Of a stretch of 64,000 nt of DNA, positions 25,817 to 39,400 are shown piece after piece. The translations under genes were made by a program, and so were the position numbers. The stretch comes from Auanema rhodensis (Eukaryota > Animalia > Nematoda): assembly GCA_964057225.1 (NCBI GenBank), contig OZ059900.1, positions 3,534,001 through 3,598,000 of the forward strand, written 5' to 3'. The notes under the pieces are model-generated. The model was not told the DNA's origin and did no database searches. It saw only the letters and a list, made by a program, of their open reading frames with translations. The number at the start of each line of letters is the position of its first letter. Within the stretch, counting starts at the first letter, position 1.

Positions 25817-28799
25817 TATGGTGTTAAAGGCATAAAAACGACCATACTTAGTGTAGTAATGCTATTTGAGTGAAATTCAGTGATTTACACATTATTAGTG
25901 TATATTTGAAGACTTTTGTTATCATAGACAGTAAAACTATGCTTTTGATCATATATATGAGCGATTTAGCCAAATTAGACTCAAAACTCGGAAATTTCAA
26001 AAATTCTTTCTATTTTCGACCTTTTTTGATCAAAATGAATAAATATCAGTGCAAACTCGTAAAAATAAACTTATTTCGTGTATTGTGTGTTTGATTCTCG
26101 AATCTCACCGAATATGATCAAAATTTACGAGTATCACAGATTTTGTACCAAAAATCGGTGAGTATATGGTGTTAAAGGCATAAAAACGACTATACATAGT
26201 GTAGTAATGCTATTTGAGTGAAATTCAGTGATTAAATCATTATTAGTGTATATTTGAAGACTTTTGTTATCATAGACAGTAAAACTATGCTTTTGATCAT
26301 ATATATGAGCGATTTAGCCCAATTGGACTCAAAACTCGGAAAATTCAAAAATTCTTTCTATTTTCGACCTTTTTTGATCAAAATGAATATATATCAGTGC
26401 AAACTCATAAAAATAGACTGATTTTGTTTATTGTGTGTTTGATTTTCAAATCTTAACGAATATGATCAAAATTTACGAGTATTACAGATTTTGTACCAAA
26501 AATCGGTGAGTATATGGTGTTAAAGGCATAAAAACGACTATACATAGTGTAGTAATGCTATTTGAGTGAAATTCAGTGATTAAATCATTATTAGTGTATA
26601 TTTGAAGACTTTTGTTATCATAGACAGTAAAACTATGCTTTTGATCATATATATGAGCGATTTAGCCCAATTGGACTCAAAACTCGGAAAATTCAAAAAT
26701 TCTTTCTATTTTCGACCTTTTTTGATCAAAATGAATATATATCAGTGCAAACTCATAAAAATAGACTGATTTTGTTTATTGTGTGTTTGATTTTCAAATC
26801 TTAACGAATATGATCAAAATTTACGAGTATTACAGATTTTGTACCAAAAATCGGTGAGTATATGGTGTTAAAGGCATAAAAACGACCATACTTAGTGTAG
26901 TAATGCTATTTGAGTGAAATTCAGTGATTTAATCATTATTAGTGTATATTTGAAGACTTTTGTTATCATAGACAGTAAAACTATGCTTTTGATCATATAT
27001 ATGAGCGATTTAGCCCAATTCGACTCAAAACTCGGAAAATTCAAAAATTCTTTCTATTTTCGACCTTTTTTGATGAAAATGAATATATATCAGTGTAAAC
27101 TCATAAAAATAGACTGATTTTGTGTATTGTGTGTTTGATTCTCAAATCTTAACAAATATGATCAAATTTTACGAGTATTACAGATTTTGTACCAAAAATC
27201 GGTGAGTATATGGTGTTAAAGGCATAAAAACGACCATACTTAGTGTAGTAATGCTATTTGAGCGAAAATCAGTATTTAAACATCAATAGCGTTTAATTGA
27301 AGATTTTTGTTGTCATAGACAATAAAACTATGCTTCTGATCATTTATATGAGCGATTTAGCCAAATTAGACTCAAAACTCGGAAATTTCAAAAATTCTTT
27401 CTATTTTCGACCTTTTTTGATCAAAATGAATAAATATCAGTGCAAACTCATAAAAATAGACTTATTTCGTGTATTATGTGTTTGTTTCTCGAATCTTAAC
27501 GAATATGATCAAAATTTACAAGTATTACAGATTTTGTACCAAAAATCGGTGAGTATATGGTGTTAAAGGCATAAAAACGACCATACTTAGTGTAGTAATG
27601 CATTTGAGTGAAATTCAGTGATTTACACATTATTAGTGTATATTTGAAGACTTTTGTTATCATAGACAGTAAAACTATGCTTTTGATCATATATATGAGC
27701 GATTTAGCCCCATTGGACTCAAAACTCGGAAAATTCAAAAATTCTTCTATTTTCGAACTTTTTTGATCAAAATGAATATATATCATTGCAAACTCATAAA
27801 AATAGACTGATTTTGTTTATTGTGTGTTTGATTTTCAAATCTTAACGAATATGATCAAAATTTACGAGTATTACAGATTTTGTACCAAAAATCGGTGAGT
27901 ATATGGTGTTAAAGGCATAAAAACGACCATACTTAGTGTAGTAATGCTATTTGAGCGAAAATTAGTATTTAAACATCACTAGCGTTTAATTGATGACTTT
28001 TGTTGTCATAGACAATAAAACTATGCTTCTGATCATATAAATGAGCGATTTAGCCAAATTAGACTCAAAACTCGGAAATTTCAAAAATTCTTTCTATTTT
28101 CGACCTTTTTTGATCAAAATGAATATATATATCAGTGCAAGCTCATGAAAATAGACTGATTTTGTGTATTGTATGTTCGATTCTCAAATCTTAACGAATA
28201 TGATCGAAATTTACGAGTATTACAGATTTTGTACCAAAAATCGGTGAGTATATGGTGCTAAAGGCATAAAAACGACCATACTTAGTGTAGTAATGCTATT
28301 TGAGCGAAATTCAGTATTTAAACATCACTAGCGTTTAATTGATGACTTTTGTTGTCATAGACATTAAAACTATGCTTTTGATCATATATATGAGCGATTT
28401 AGCCAAATTAGACTCAAAACTCGGAAATTTCAAAAATTCTTTCTATTTTCGACCTTTTTTGATCAAAATGAATGAATATCAGTGCAAACTCGTAAAAATA
28501 AACTTATTTTGTGTATTGTGTGTTTGATTCTCGAATCTCACCAAATATGATCAAAATTTACAAGTATCACAGATTTTGTACCAAAACTCGGTGAGTATAT
28601 GGTGTTAAAGGCATAAAAACGACCATACTTAGTGTAGTAATGCTATTTGAGTGAAATTCAGTGATTTAATCATTATTAGTTTATATTTGAAGACTTTTGT
28701 TATCATAGACAGTAAAACTATGCTTTTGATCATATATATGAGCGATTTAGCCCAATTGGACTCAAAACTCGGAAAATTCAAAAATTCTTCTATTTTCGA

Positions 28800-31450
28800 C
28801 CTTTTTTGATCAAAATGAATATATATCAGTGCAAACTCGTAAAAATAAACTTATTTCGTGTATTGTGTGTTTGATTCTCGAATCTCACCGAATATGATCA
28901 AAATTTACGAGTATCACAGATTTTGTACCAAAAATCGGTGAGTATATGGTGCTAAAGGCATAAAAACGACCATACTTAGTGTAGTAATGCTATTTGAGCG
29001 AAATTCAGTATTTAAACATCACTAGCGTTTAATTGATGACTTTTGTTATCATAGACAGTAAAACTATGCTTTTGATCATATATATGAGCGATTTAGCCCA
29101 ATTGGACTCAAAACTCGGAAAATTCAAAAATTCTTCTATTTTCGACCTTTTTTGATCAAAATGAATATATATCAGTGCAAACTCATAAAAATAGACTGAT
29201 TTTGTGTATTGTATGTTTGATTCTCAAATCTTAACGAATATGATCAAAATTTACGAGTACTACAGATTTTGTACCAAAAATCGGTGAGTATATGGTGTTA
29301 AAGGCATAAAAACGACCATACTTAGTGTAGTAATGCTATTTGAGCGAAATTCAGTATTTAAACATTACTAGCGTTTAATTGATGACTTTTGTTGTTATAG
29401 ACAATAAAACTATGTTTTTGATCATATATATGAGCGATTTAGCCAAATTGTACTCAAAACTCGGAAATTTCAAAAATTCTTTCTATTTTCGACCTTTTTT
29501 GATCAAAATGAATAAATATCAGTGCAAACTTGTAAAAATAGACTTATTTTGTGTATTATGTGTTTGATTCTTGAATCTTAACAAATATGATCAAAATTTA
29601 CAAGTATTACAGATTTTGTACCAAAAATCGGTGAGTATATGGTGTTAAAGGCATAAAAACGACCATACTTAGTGTAGTAATGCTATTTGAGCGAAAATCA
29701 GTATTTAAACATCACTAGCGTTTAATTGATGATTTTTGTTGTCATAGACAATAAAACTATGCTTCTGATCATGTATATGAGCGATTTAGCCAAATTAGAC
29801 TCAAAACTCGGAAATTTCAAAAATTCTTTCTATTTTCGACCTTTTTTGATCAAAATGAATATATATCAGTGCAAGCTCATAAAAATAGACTGATTTTGTG
29901 TATTGTATGTTTGATTCTCAAATCTTAACGAATATGATCAAAATTTACGAGTATTACAGATTTTGTACCAAAAATCGGTGAGTATATGGTGTTAAAGGCA
30001 TAAAAACGACCATACTTAGTGTAGTAATGCTATTTGAGCGAAATTCAGTATTTAAACATCACTAGCGTTTAATTGATGACTTTTGTTGTCATAGACAATG
30101 AAACTATGCTTTTGATCATATATATGAGCGATTTAGCCAAATTAGACTCAAAACTCGGAAATTTCAAAAATTCTTTCTATTTTCGACCTTTTTTGATCAA
30201 AATGAATAAATATCAGTGCAAACTCGTAAAAATAGACTGATTTTGTGTATTGTATGTTTGATTCTCAAATCTTAACGAATATGATCAAAATTTACGAGTA
30301 TTACAGATTTTGTACCAAAAATCGGTGAGTATATGGTGTTAAAGGCATAAAAACGACCATACTTAGTGTAGTAATGCTATTTGAGCGAAATTCAGTATTT
30401 AAACATTACTAGCGTTTAATTGATGACTTTTGTTGTTATAGACAATAAAACTATGTTTTTGATCATATATATGAGCGATTTAGCCAAATTGGACTCAAAA
30501 CTCGGAAATTTCAAAAATTCTTTCTATTTTCGACCTTTTTTGATCAAAATGAATAAATATCAGTGCAAACTTGTAAAAATAGACTTATTTTGTGTATTAT
30601 GTGTTTGATTCTCGAATCTTAACAAATATGATCAAAATTTACAAGTATTACAGATTTTGTACCAAAAATCGGTGAGTATATGGTGTTAAAGGCATAAAAA
30701 CGACCATACTTAGTGTAGTAATGCTATTTGAGTGAAATTCAGTGATTTAATCATTATTAGTGTATATTTGAAGACTTTTGTTATCATAGACAGTAAAACT
30801 ATGCTTTTGATCATATATATGAGCGATTTAGCATAATTCGACTCAAAACTCGGAAAATTCAAAAATTCTTTCTATTTTCGACCTTTTTTGATGAAAATGA
30901 ATATATATCAGTGTAAACTCATAAAAATAGACTGATTTTGTGTATTGTGTGTTTGATTCTCAAATCTTAACAAATATGATCAAATTTTACGAGTATTACA
31001 GATTTTGTACCAAAAATCGGTGAGTATATGGTGTTAAAGGCATAAAAACGACCATACTTAGTGTAGTAATGCTATTTGAGCGAAAATCAGTATTTAAACA
31101 TCACTAGCGTTTAATTGAAGATTTTTGTTGTCATAGACAATAAAACTATGCTTCTGATCATATATATGAGCGATTTAGCCAAATAAGACTCAAAACTCGG
31201 AAATTTCAAAAATTCTTTCTATTTTCGACCTTTTTTGATCAAAATGAATAAATATCAGTGCAAACTCATAAAAATAGACTTATTTCGTGTATTATGTGTT
31301 TGTTTCTCGAATCTTAACGAATATGATCAAAATTTACAAGTATTACAGATTTTGTACCAAAAATCGGTGAGTATATGGTGTTAAAGGCATAAAAACGACC
31401 ATACTTAGTGTAGTAATGCATTTGAGTGAAATTCAGTGATTTACACATTA
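28800..31450 (+). repeat. Multi-monomer block repeated at +7289 and +20827 bp (the +20827 match extends to about 35 kb)
   Basis: Linked rare variants: ggtgCtaaagg at 28952/36241/49779; gagtaCtacag at 29260/36549/50087; gcATaattcg at 30831/38120/51658. ORFs 29379/36668/50206 and 30420/37709/51247 show the same offsets. Confidence 0.9.
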
Positions 31451-33499
31451 TTAGTGTATATTTGAAGACTTTTGTTATCATAGACAGTAAAACTATGCTT
31501 TTGATCATATATATGAGCGATTTAGCCCCATTGGACTCAAAACTCGGAAAATTCAAAAATTCTTCTATTTTCGACCTTTTTTGATCAAAATGAATATATA
31601 TCAGTGCAAACTCATAAAAATAGACTGATTTTGTTTATTGTGTGTTTGATTTTCAAATCTTAACGAATATGATCAAAATTTACGAGTATTACAGATTTTG
31701 TACCAAAAATCGGTGAGTATATGGTGTTAAAGGCATAAAAACGACCATACTTAGTGTAGTAATGCTATTTGAGCGAAAATCAGTATTTAAACATCACTAG
31801 CGTTTAATTGATGACTTTTGTTGTCATAGACAATAAAACTATGCTTCTGATCATATAAATGAGCGATTTAGCCAAATTAGACTCAAAACTCGGAAATTTC
31901 AAAAATTCTTTCTATTTTCGACCTTTTTTGATCAAAATGAATATATATCAGTGCAAGCTCATAAAAATAGACTGATTTTGTGTATTGTATGTTTGATTCT
32001 CAAATCTTAACGAATATGATCGAAATTTACGAGTATTACAGATTTTGTACCAAAAATCGGTGAGTATATGGTGTTAAAGGCATAAAAACGACCATACTTA
32101 GTGTAGTAATGCTATTTGAGCGAAATTCAGTATTTAAACATCACTAGCGTTTAATTGATGACTTTTGTTGTCATAGACATTAAAACTATGCTTTTGATCA
32201 TATAAATGAGCGATTTAGCCAAATTAGACTCAAAACTCGGAAATTTCAAAAATTCTTTCTATTTTCGACCTTTTTTGATCAAAATGAATATATATCAGTG
32301 CAAACTCATAAAAATAGACTGATTTTGTGTATTGTATGTTTGATTCTCAAATCTTAAAGAATATGATCGAAAATTACGAGTATTACAGATTTTGTACCAA
32401 AAATCGGTGAGTATATGGTGTTAAAGGCATAAAAACGACCATACTTAGTGTAGTAATGCTATTTGAGTGAAATTCAGTGATTTAATCATTATTAGTGTAT
32501 ATTTGAAGACTTTTGTTATCATAGACAGTAAAACTATGCTTTTGATCATATATATGAGCGATTTAGCCCAATTCGACTCAAAACTCGGAAAATTCAAAAA
32601 TTCTTTCTATTTTCGACCTTTTTTGATGAAAATGAATATATATCAGTGTAAACTCATAAAAATAGACTGATTTTGTGTATTGTGTGTTTGATTCTCAAAT
32701 CTTAACAAATATGATCAAGATTTACGAGTATTACAGATTTTGTACCAAAAATCGGTGAGTATATGGTGTTAAAGGCATAAAAACGACCATACTTAGTGTA
32801 GTAATGCTATTTGAGCGAAAATCAGTATTTAAACATCACTAGCGTTTAATTGAAGATTTTTGTTGTCATAGACAATAAAACTATGCTTCTGATCATATAT
32901 ATGAGCGATTTAGCCAAATTAGACTCAAAACTCGGAAATTTCAAAAATTCTTTCTATTTTCGACCTTTTTTGATCAAAATGAATAAATATCAGTGCAAAC
33001 TCATAAAAATAGACTTATTTCGTGTATTATGTGTTTGTTTCTCGAATCTTAACGAATATGATCAAAATTTACAAGTATTACAGATTTTGTACCAAAAATC
33101 GGTGAGTATATGGTGTTAAAGGCATAAAAACGACCATACTTAGTGTAGTAATGCATTTGAGTGAAATTCAGTGATTTACACATTATTAGTGTATATTTGA
33201 AGACTTTTGTTATCATAGACAGTAAAACTATGCTTTTGATCATATATATGAGCGATTTAGCCCCATTGGACTCAAAACTCGGAAAATTCAAAAATTCTTC
33301 TATTTTCGACCTTTTTTGATCAAAATGAATATATATCAGTGCAAACTCATAAAAATAGACTGATTTTGTTTATTGTGTGTTTGATTTTCAAATCTTAACG
33401 AATATGATCAAAATTTACGAGTATTACAGATTTTGTACCAAAAATCGGTGAGTATATGGTGTTAAAGGCATAAAAACGACCATACTTAGTGTAGTAATG

Positions 33500-36400
33500 C
33501 TATTTGAGCGAAATTCAGTATTTAAACATCACTAGCGTTTAATTGATGACTTTTGTTGTCATAGACATTAAAACTATGCTTTTGATCATATAAATGAGCG
33601 ATTTAGCCAAATTAGACTCAAAACTCGGAAATTTCAAAAATTCTTTCTATTTTCGACCTTTTTTGATCAAAATGAATATATATCAGTGCAAACTCATAAA
33701 AATAGACTGATTTTGTGTATTGTATGTTTGATTCTCAAATCTTAAAGAATATGATCGAAATTTACGAGTATTACAGATTTTGTACCAAAAATCGGTGAGT
33801 ATATGGTGTTAAAGGCATAAAAACGACCATACATAGTGTAGTAATGCTATTTGAGTGAAATTCAGTGATTAAATCATTATTAGTGTATATTTGAAGACTT
33901 TTGTTATCATAGACAGTAAAACTATGCTTTTGATCATATATATGAGCGATTTAGCCCAATTCGACTCAAAACTCGGAAAATTCAAAAATTCTTTCTATTT
34001 TCGACCTTTTTTGATCAAAATGAATATATATCAGTGCAAACTCATAAAAATAGACTGATTTTGTTTATTGTGTGTTTGATTTTCAAATCTTAACGAATAT
34101 GATCAAAATTTACGAGTATTACAGATTTTGTACCAAAAATCGGTGAGTATATGGTGTTAAAGGCATAAAAACGACCATACTTAGTGTAGTAATGCTATTT
34201 GAGCGAAATTCAGTATTTAAACATCACTAGCGTTTAATTGATGACTTTTGTTGTCATAGACATTAAAACTATGCTTTTGATCATATAAATGAGCGATTTA
34301 GCCAAATTAGACTCAAAACTCGGAAATTTCAAAAATTCTTTCTATTTTCGACCTTTTTTGATCAAAATGAATAAATATCAGTGCAAACTCGTAAAAATAA
34401 ACTTATTTCGTGTATTGTGTGTTTGATTCTCGAATCTCACCGAATATGATCAAAATTTACGAGTATCACAGATTTTGTACCAAAAATCGGTGAGTATATG
34501 GTGTTAAAGGCATAAAAACGACCATACTTAGTGTAGTAATGCTATTAGAGCGAAATTCAGTATTTAAACATCACTAGCGTTTAATTGATGACTTTTGTTG
34601 TCATAGACATTAAAACTATGCTTTTGATCATATAAATGAGCGATTTAGCCAAATTAGACTCAAAACTCGGAAATTTCAAAAATTCTTTCTATTTTCGACC
34701 TTTTTTGATCAAAATGAATATATATCAGTGCAAACTCATAAAAATAGACTGATTTTGTGTATTGTATGTTTGATTCTCAAATCTTAAAGAATATGATCGA
34801 AATTTACGAGTATTACAGATTTTGTACCAAAAATCGGTGAGTATATGGTGTTAAAGGCATAAAAACGACCATACATAGTGTAGTAATGCTATTTGAGTGA
34901 AATTCAGTGATTAAATCATTATTAGTGTATATTTGAAGACTTTTGTTATCATAGACAGTAAAACTATGCTTTTGATCATATATATGAGCGATTTAGCCCA
35001 ATTCGACTCAAAACTCGGAAAATTCAAAAATTCTTTCTATTTTCGACCTTTTTTGATCAAAATGAATATATATCAGTGCAAACTCATAAAAATAGACTGA
35101 TTTTGTTTATTGTGTGTTTGATTTTCAAATCTTAACGAATATGATCAAAATTTACGAGTATTACAGATTTTGTACCAAAAATCGGTGAGTATATGGTGTT
35201 AAAGGCATAAAAACGACCATACTTAGTGTAGTAATGCTATTTGAGCGAAATTCAGTATTTAAACATCACTAGCGTTTAATTGATGACTTTTGTTGTCATA
35301 GACATTAAAACTATGCTTTTGATCATATAAATGAGCGATTTAGCCAAATTAGACTCAAAACTCGGAAATTTCAAAAATTCTTTCTATTTTCGACCTTTTT
35401 TGATCAAAATGAATAAATATCAGTGCAAACTCGTAAAAATAAACTTATTTCGTGTATTGTGTGTTTGATTCTCGAATCTCACCGAATATGATCAAAATTT
35501 ACGAGTATCACAGATTTTGTACCAAAAATCGGTGAGTATATGGTGTTAAAGGCATAAAAACGACCATACTTAGTGTAGTAATGCTATTAGAGCGAAATTC
35601 AGTATTTAAACATCACTAGCGTTTAATTGATGACTTTTGTTGTCATAGACATTAAAACTATGCTTTTGATCATATAAATGAGCGATTTAGCCAAATTAGA
35701 CTCAAAACTCGGAAATTTCGAAAATTCTTTCTATTTTCGACCTTTTTTGATCAAAATGAATAAATATCAGTGCAAACTCATAAAAATAGACTGATTTTGT
35801 GTATTGTATGTTTGATTCTCAAATCTTAAAGAATATGATCGAAATTTACGAGTATTACAGATTTTGTACCAAAAATCGGTGAGTATATGGTGTTAAAGGC
35901 ATAAAAACGACCATACATAGTGTAGTAATGCTATTTGAGTGAAATTCAGTGATTAAATCATTATTAGTGTATATTTGAAGACTTTTGTTATCATAGACAG
36001 TAAAACTATGCTTTTGATCATATATATGAGCGATTTAGCCCAATTCGACTCAAAACTCGGAAAATTCAAAAATTCTTTCTATTTTCGACCTTTTTTGATC
36101 AAAATGAATATATATCAGTGCAAACTCGTAAAAATAAACTTATTTCGTGTATTGTGTGTTTGATTCTCGAATCTCACCGAATATGATCAAAATTTACGAG
36201 TATCACAGATTTTGTACCAAAAATCGGTGAGTATATGGTGCTAAAGGCATAAAAACGACCATACTTAGTGTAGTAATGCTATTTGAGCGAAATTCAGTAT
36301 TTAAACATCACTAGCGTTTAATTGATGACTTTTGTTATCATAGACAGTAAAACTATGCTTTTGATCATATATATGAGCGATTTAGCCCAATTGGACTCAA

Positions 36401-39400
36401 AACTCGGAAAATTCAAAAATTCTTCTATTTTCGACCTTTTTTGATCAAAATGAATATATATCAGTGCAAACTCATAAAAATAGACTGATTTTGTGTATTG
36501 TATGTTTGATTCTCAAATCTTAACGAATATGATCAAAATTTACGAGTACTACAGATTTTGTACCAAAAATCGGTGAGTATATGGTGTTAAAGGCATAAAA
36601 ACGACCATACTTAGTGTAGTAATGCTATTTGAGCGAAATTCAGTATTTAAACATTACTAGCGTTTAATTGATGACTTTTGTTGTTATAGACAATAAAACT
36701 ATGTTTTTGATCATATATATGAGCGATTTAGCCAAATTGTACTCAAAACTCGGAAATTTCAAAAATTCTTTCTATTTTCGACCTTTTTTGATCAAAATGA
36801 ATAAATATCAGTGCAAACTTGTAAAAATAGACTTATTTTGTGTATTATGTGTTTGATTCTTGAATCTTAACAAATATGATCAAAATTTACAAGTATTACA
36901 GATTTTGTACCAAAAATCGGTGAGTATATGGTGTTAAAGGCATAAAAACGACCATACTTAGTGTAGTAATGCTATTTGAGCGAAAATCAGTATTTAAACA
37001 TCACTAGCGTTTAATTGATGATTTTTGTTGTCATAGACAATAAAACTATGCTTCTGATCATGTATATGAGCGATTTAGCCAAATTAGACTCAAAACTCGG
37101 AAATTTCAAAAATTCTTTCTATTTTCGACCTTTTTTGATCAAAATGAATATATATCAGTGCAAGCTCATAAAAATAGACTGATTTTGTGTATTGTATGTT
37201 TGATTCTCAAATCTTAACGAATATGATCAAAATTTACGAGTATTACAGATTTTGTACCAAAAATCGGTGAGTATATGGTGTTAAAGGCATAAAAACGACC
37301 ATACTTAGTGTAGTAATGCTATTTGAGCGAAATTCAGTATTTAAACATCACTAGCGTTTAATTGATGACTTTTGTTGTCATAGACAATGAAACTATGCTT
37401 TTGATCATATATATGAGCGATTTAGCCAAATTAGACTCAAAACTCGGAAATTTCAAAAATTCTTTCTATTTTCGACCTTTTTTGATCAAAATGAATAAAT
37501 ATCAGTGCAAACTCGTAAAAATAGACTGATTTTGTGTATTGTATGTTTGATTCTCAAATCTTAACGAATATGATCAAAATTTACGAGTATTACAGATTTT
37601 GTACCAAAAATCGGTGAGTATATGGTGTTAAAGGCATAAAAACGACCATACTTAGTGTAGTAATGCTATTTGAGCGAAATTCAGTATTTAAACATTACTA
37701 GCGTTTAATTGATGACTTTTGTTGTTATAGACAATAAAACTATGTTTTTGATCATATATATGAGCGATTTAGCCAAATTGGACTCAAAACTCGGAAATTT
37801 CAAAAATTCTTTCTATTTTCGACCTTTTTTGATCAAAATGAATAAATATCAGTGCAAACTTGTAAAAATAGACTTATTTTGTGTATTATGTGTTTGATTC
37901 TCGAATCTTAACAAATATGATCAAAATTTACAAGTATTACAGATTTTGTACCAAAAATCGGTGAGTATATGGTGTTAAAGGCATAAAAACGACCATACTT
38001 AGTGTAGTAATGCTATTTGAGTGAAATTCAGTGATTTAATCATTATTAGTGTATATTTGAAGACTTTTGTTATCATAGACAGTAAAACTATGCTTTTGAT
38101 CATATATATGAGCGATTTAGCATAATTCGACTCAAAACTCGGAAAATTCAAAAATTCTTTCTATTTTCGACCTTTTTTGATGAAAATGAATATATATCAG
38201 TGTAAACTCATAAAAATAGACTGATTTTGTGTATTGTGTGTTTGATTCTCAAATCTTAACAAATATGATCAAATTTTACGAGTATTACAGATTTTGTACC
38301 AAAAATCGGTGAGTATATGGTGTTAAAGGCATAAAAACGACCATACTTAGTGTAGTAATGCTATTTGAGCGAAAATCAGTATTTAAACATCACTAGCGTT
38401 TAATTGAAGATTTTTGTTGTCATAGACAATAAAACTATGCTTCTGATCATATATATGAGCGATTTAGCCAAATTAGACTCAAAACTCGGAAATTTCAAAA
38501 ATTCTTTCTATTTTCGACCTTTTTTGATCAAAATGAATAAATATCAGTGCAAACTCATAAAAATAGACTTATTTCGTGTATTATGTGTTTGTTTCTCGAA
38601 TCTTAACGAATATGATCAAAATTTACAAGTATTACAGATTTTGTACCAAAAATCGGTGAGTATATGGTGTTAAAGGCATAAAAACGACCATACTTAGTGT
38701 AGTAATGCATTTGAGTGAAATTCAGTGATTTACACATTATTAGTGTATATTTGAAGACTTTTGTTGTCATAGACAATAAAACTATGCTTCTGATCATGTA
38801 TATGAGCGATTTAGCCAAATTAGACTCAAAACTCGGAAATTTCAAAAATTCTTTCTATTTTCGACCTTTTTTGATCAAAATGAATAAATATCAGTGCAAA
38901 CTCGTAAAAATAGACTGATTTTGTGTATTGTATGTTTGATTCTCAAATCTTAACGAATATGATCAAAATTTACGAGTATTACAGATTTTGTACCAAAAAT
39001 CGGTGAGTATATGGTGTTAAAGGCATAAAAACGACCATACTTAGTGTAGTAATGCTATTTGAGCGAAAATCAGTATTTAAACATCACTAGCGTTTAATTG
39101 AAGATTTTTGTTGTCATAGACAATAAAACTATGCTTCTGATCATATATATGAGCGATTTAGCCAAATTAGACTCAAAACTCGGAAATTTCAAAAATTCTT
39201 TCTATTTTCGACCTTTTTTGATCAAAATGAATAAATATCAGTGCAAACTCATAAAAATAGACTTATTTCGTGTATTATGTGTTTGTTTCTCGAATCTTAA
39301 CGAATATGATCAAAATTTACAAGTATTACAGATTTTGTACCAAAAATCGGTGAGTATATGGTGTTAAAGGCATAAAAACGACCATACTTAGTGTAGTAAT

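Noticed and set aside
28581-29460. Variants that make one half-monomer resemble the other (ccaaaaCtcgg at 28587; aattgTactc at ~29451)
   Set aside because: These are single-base changes. They cannot be distinguished from ordinary point mutation, so they are not evidence of inter-subunit conversion.
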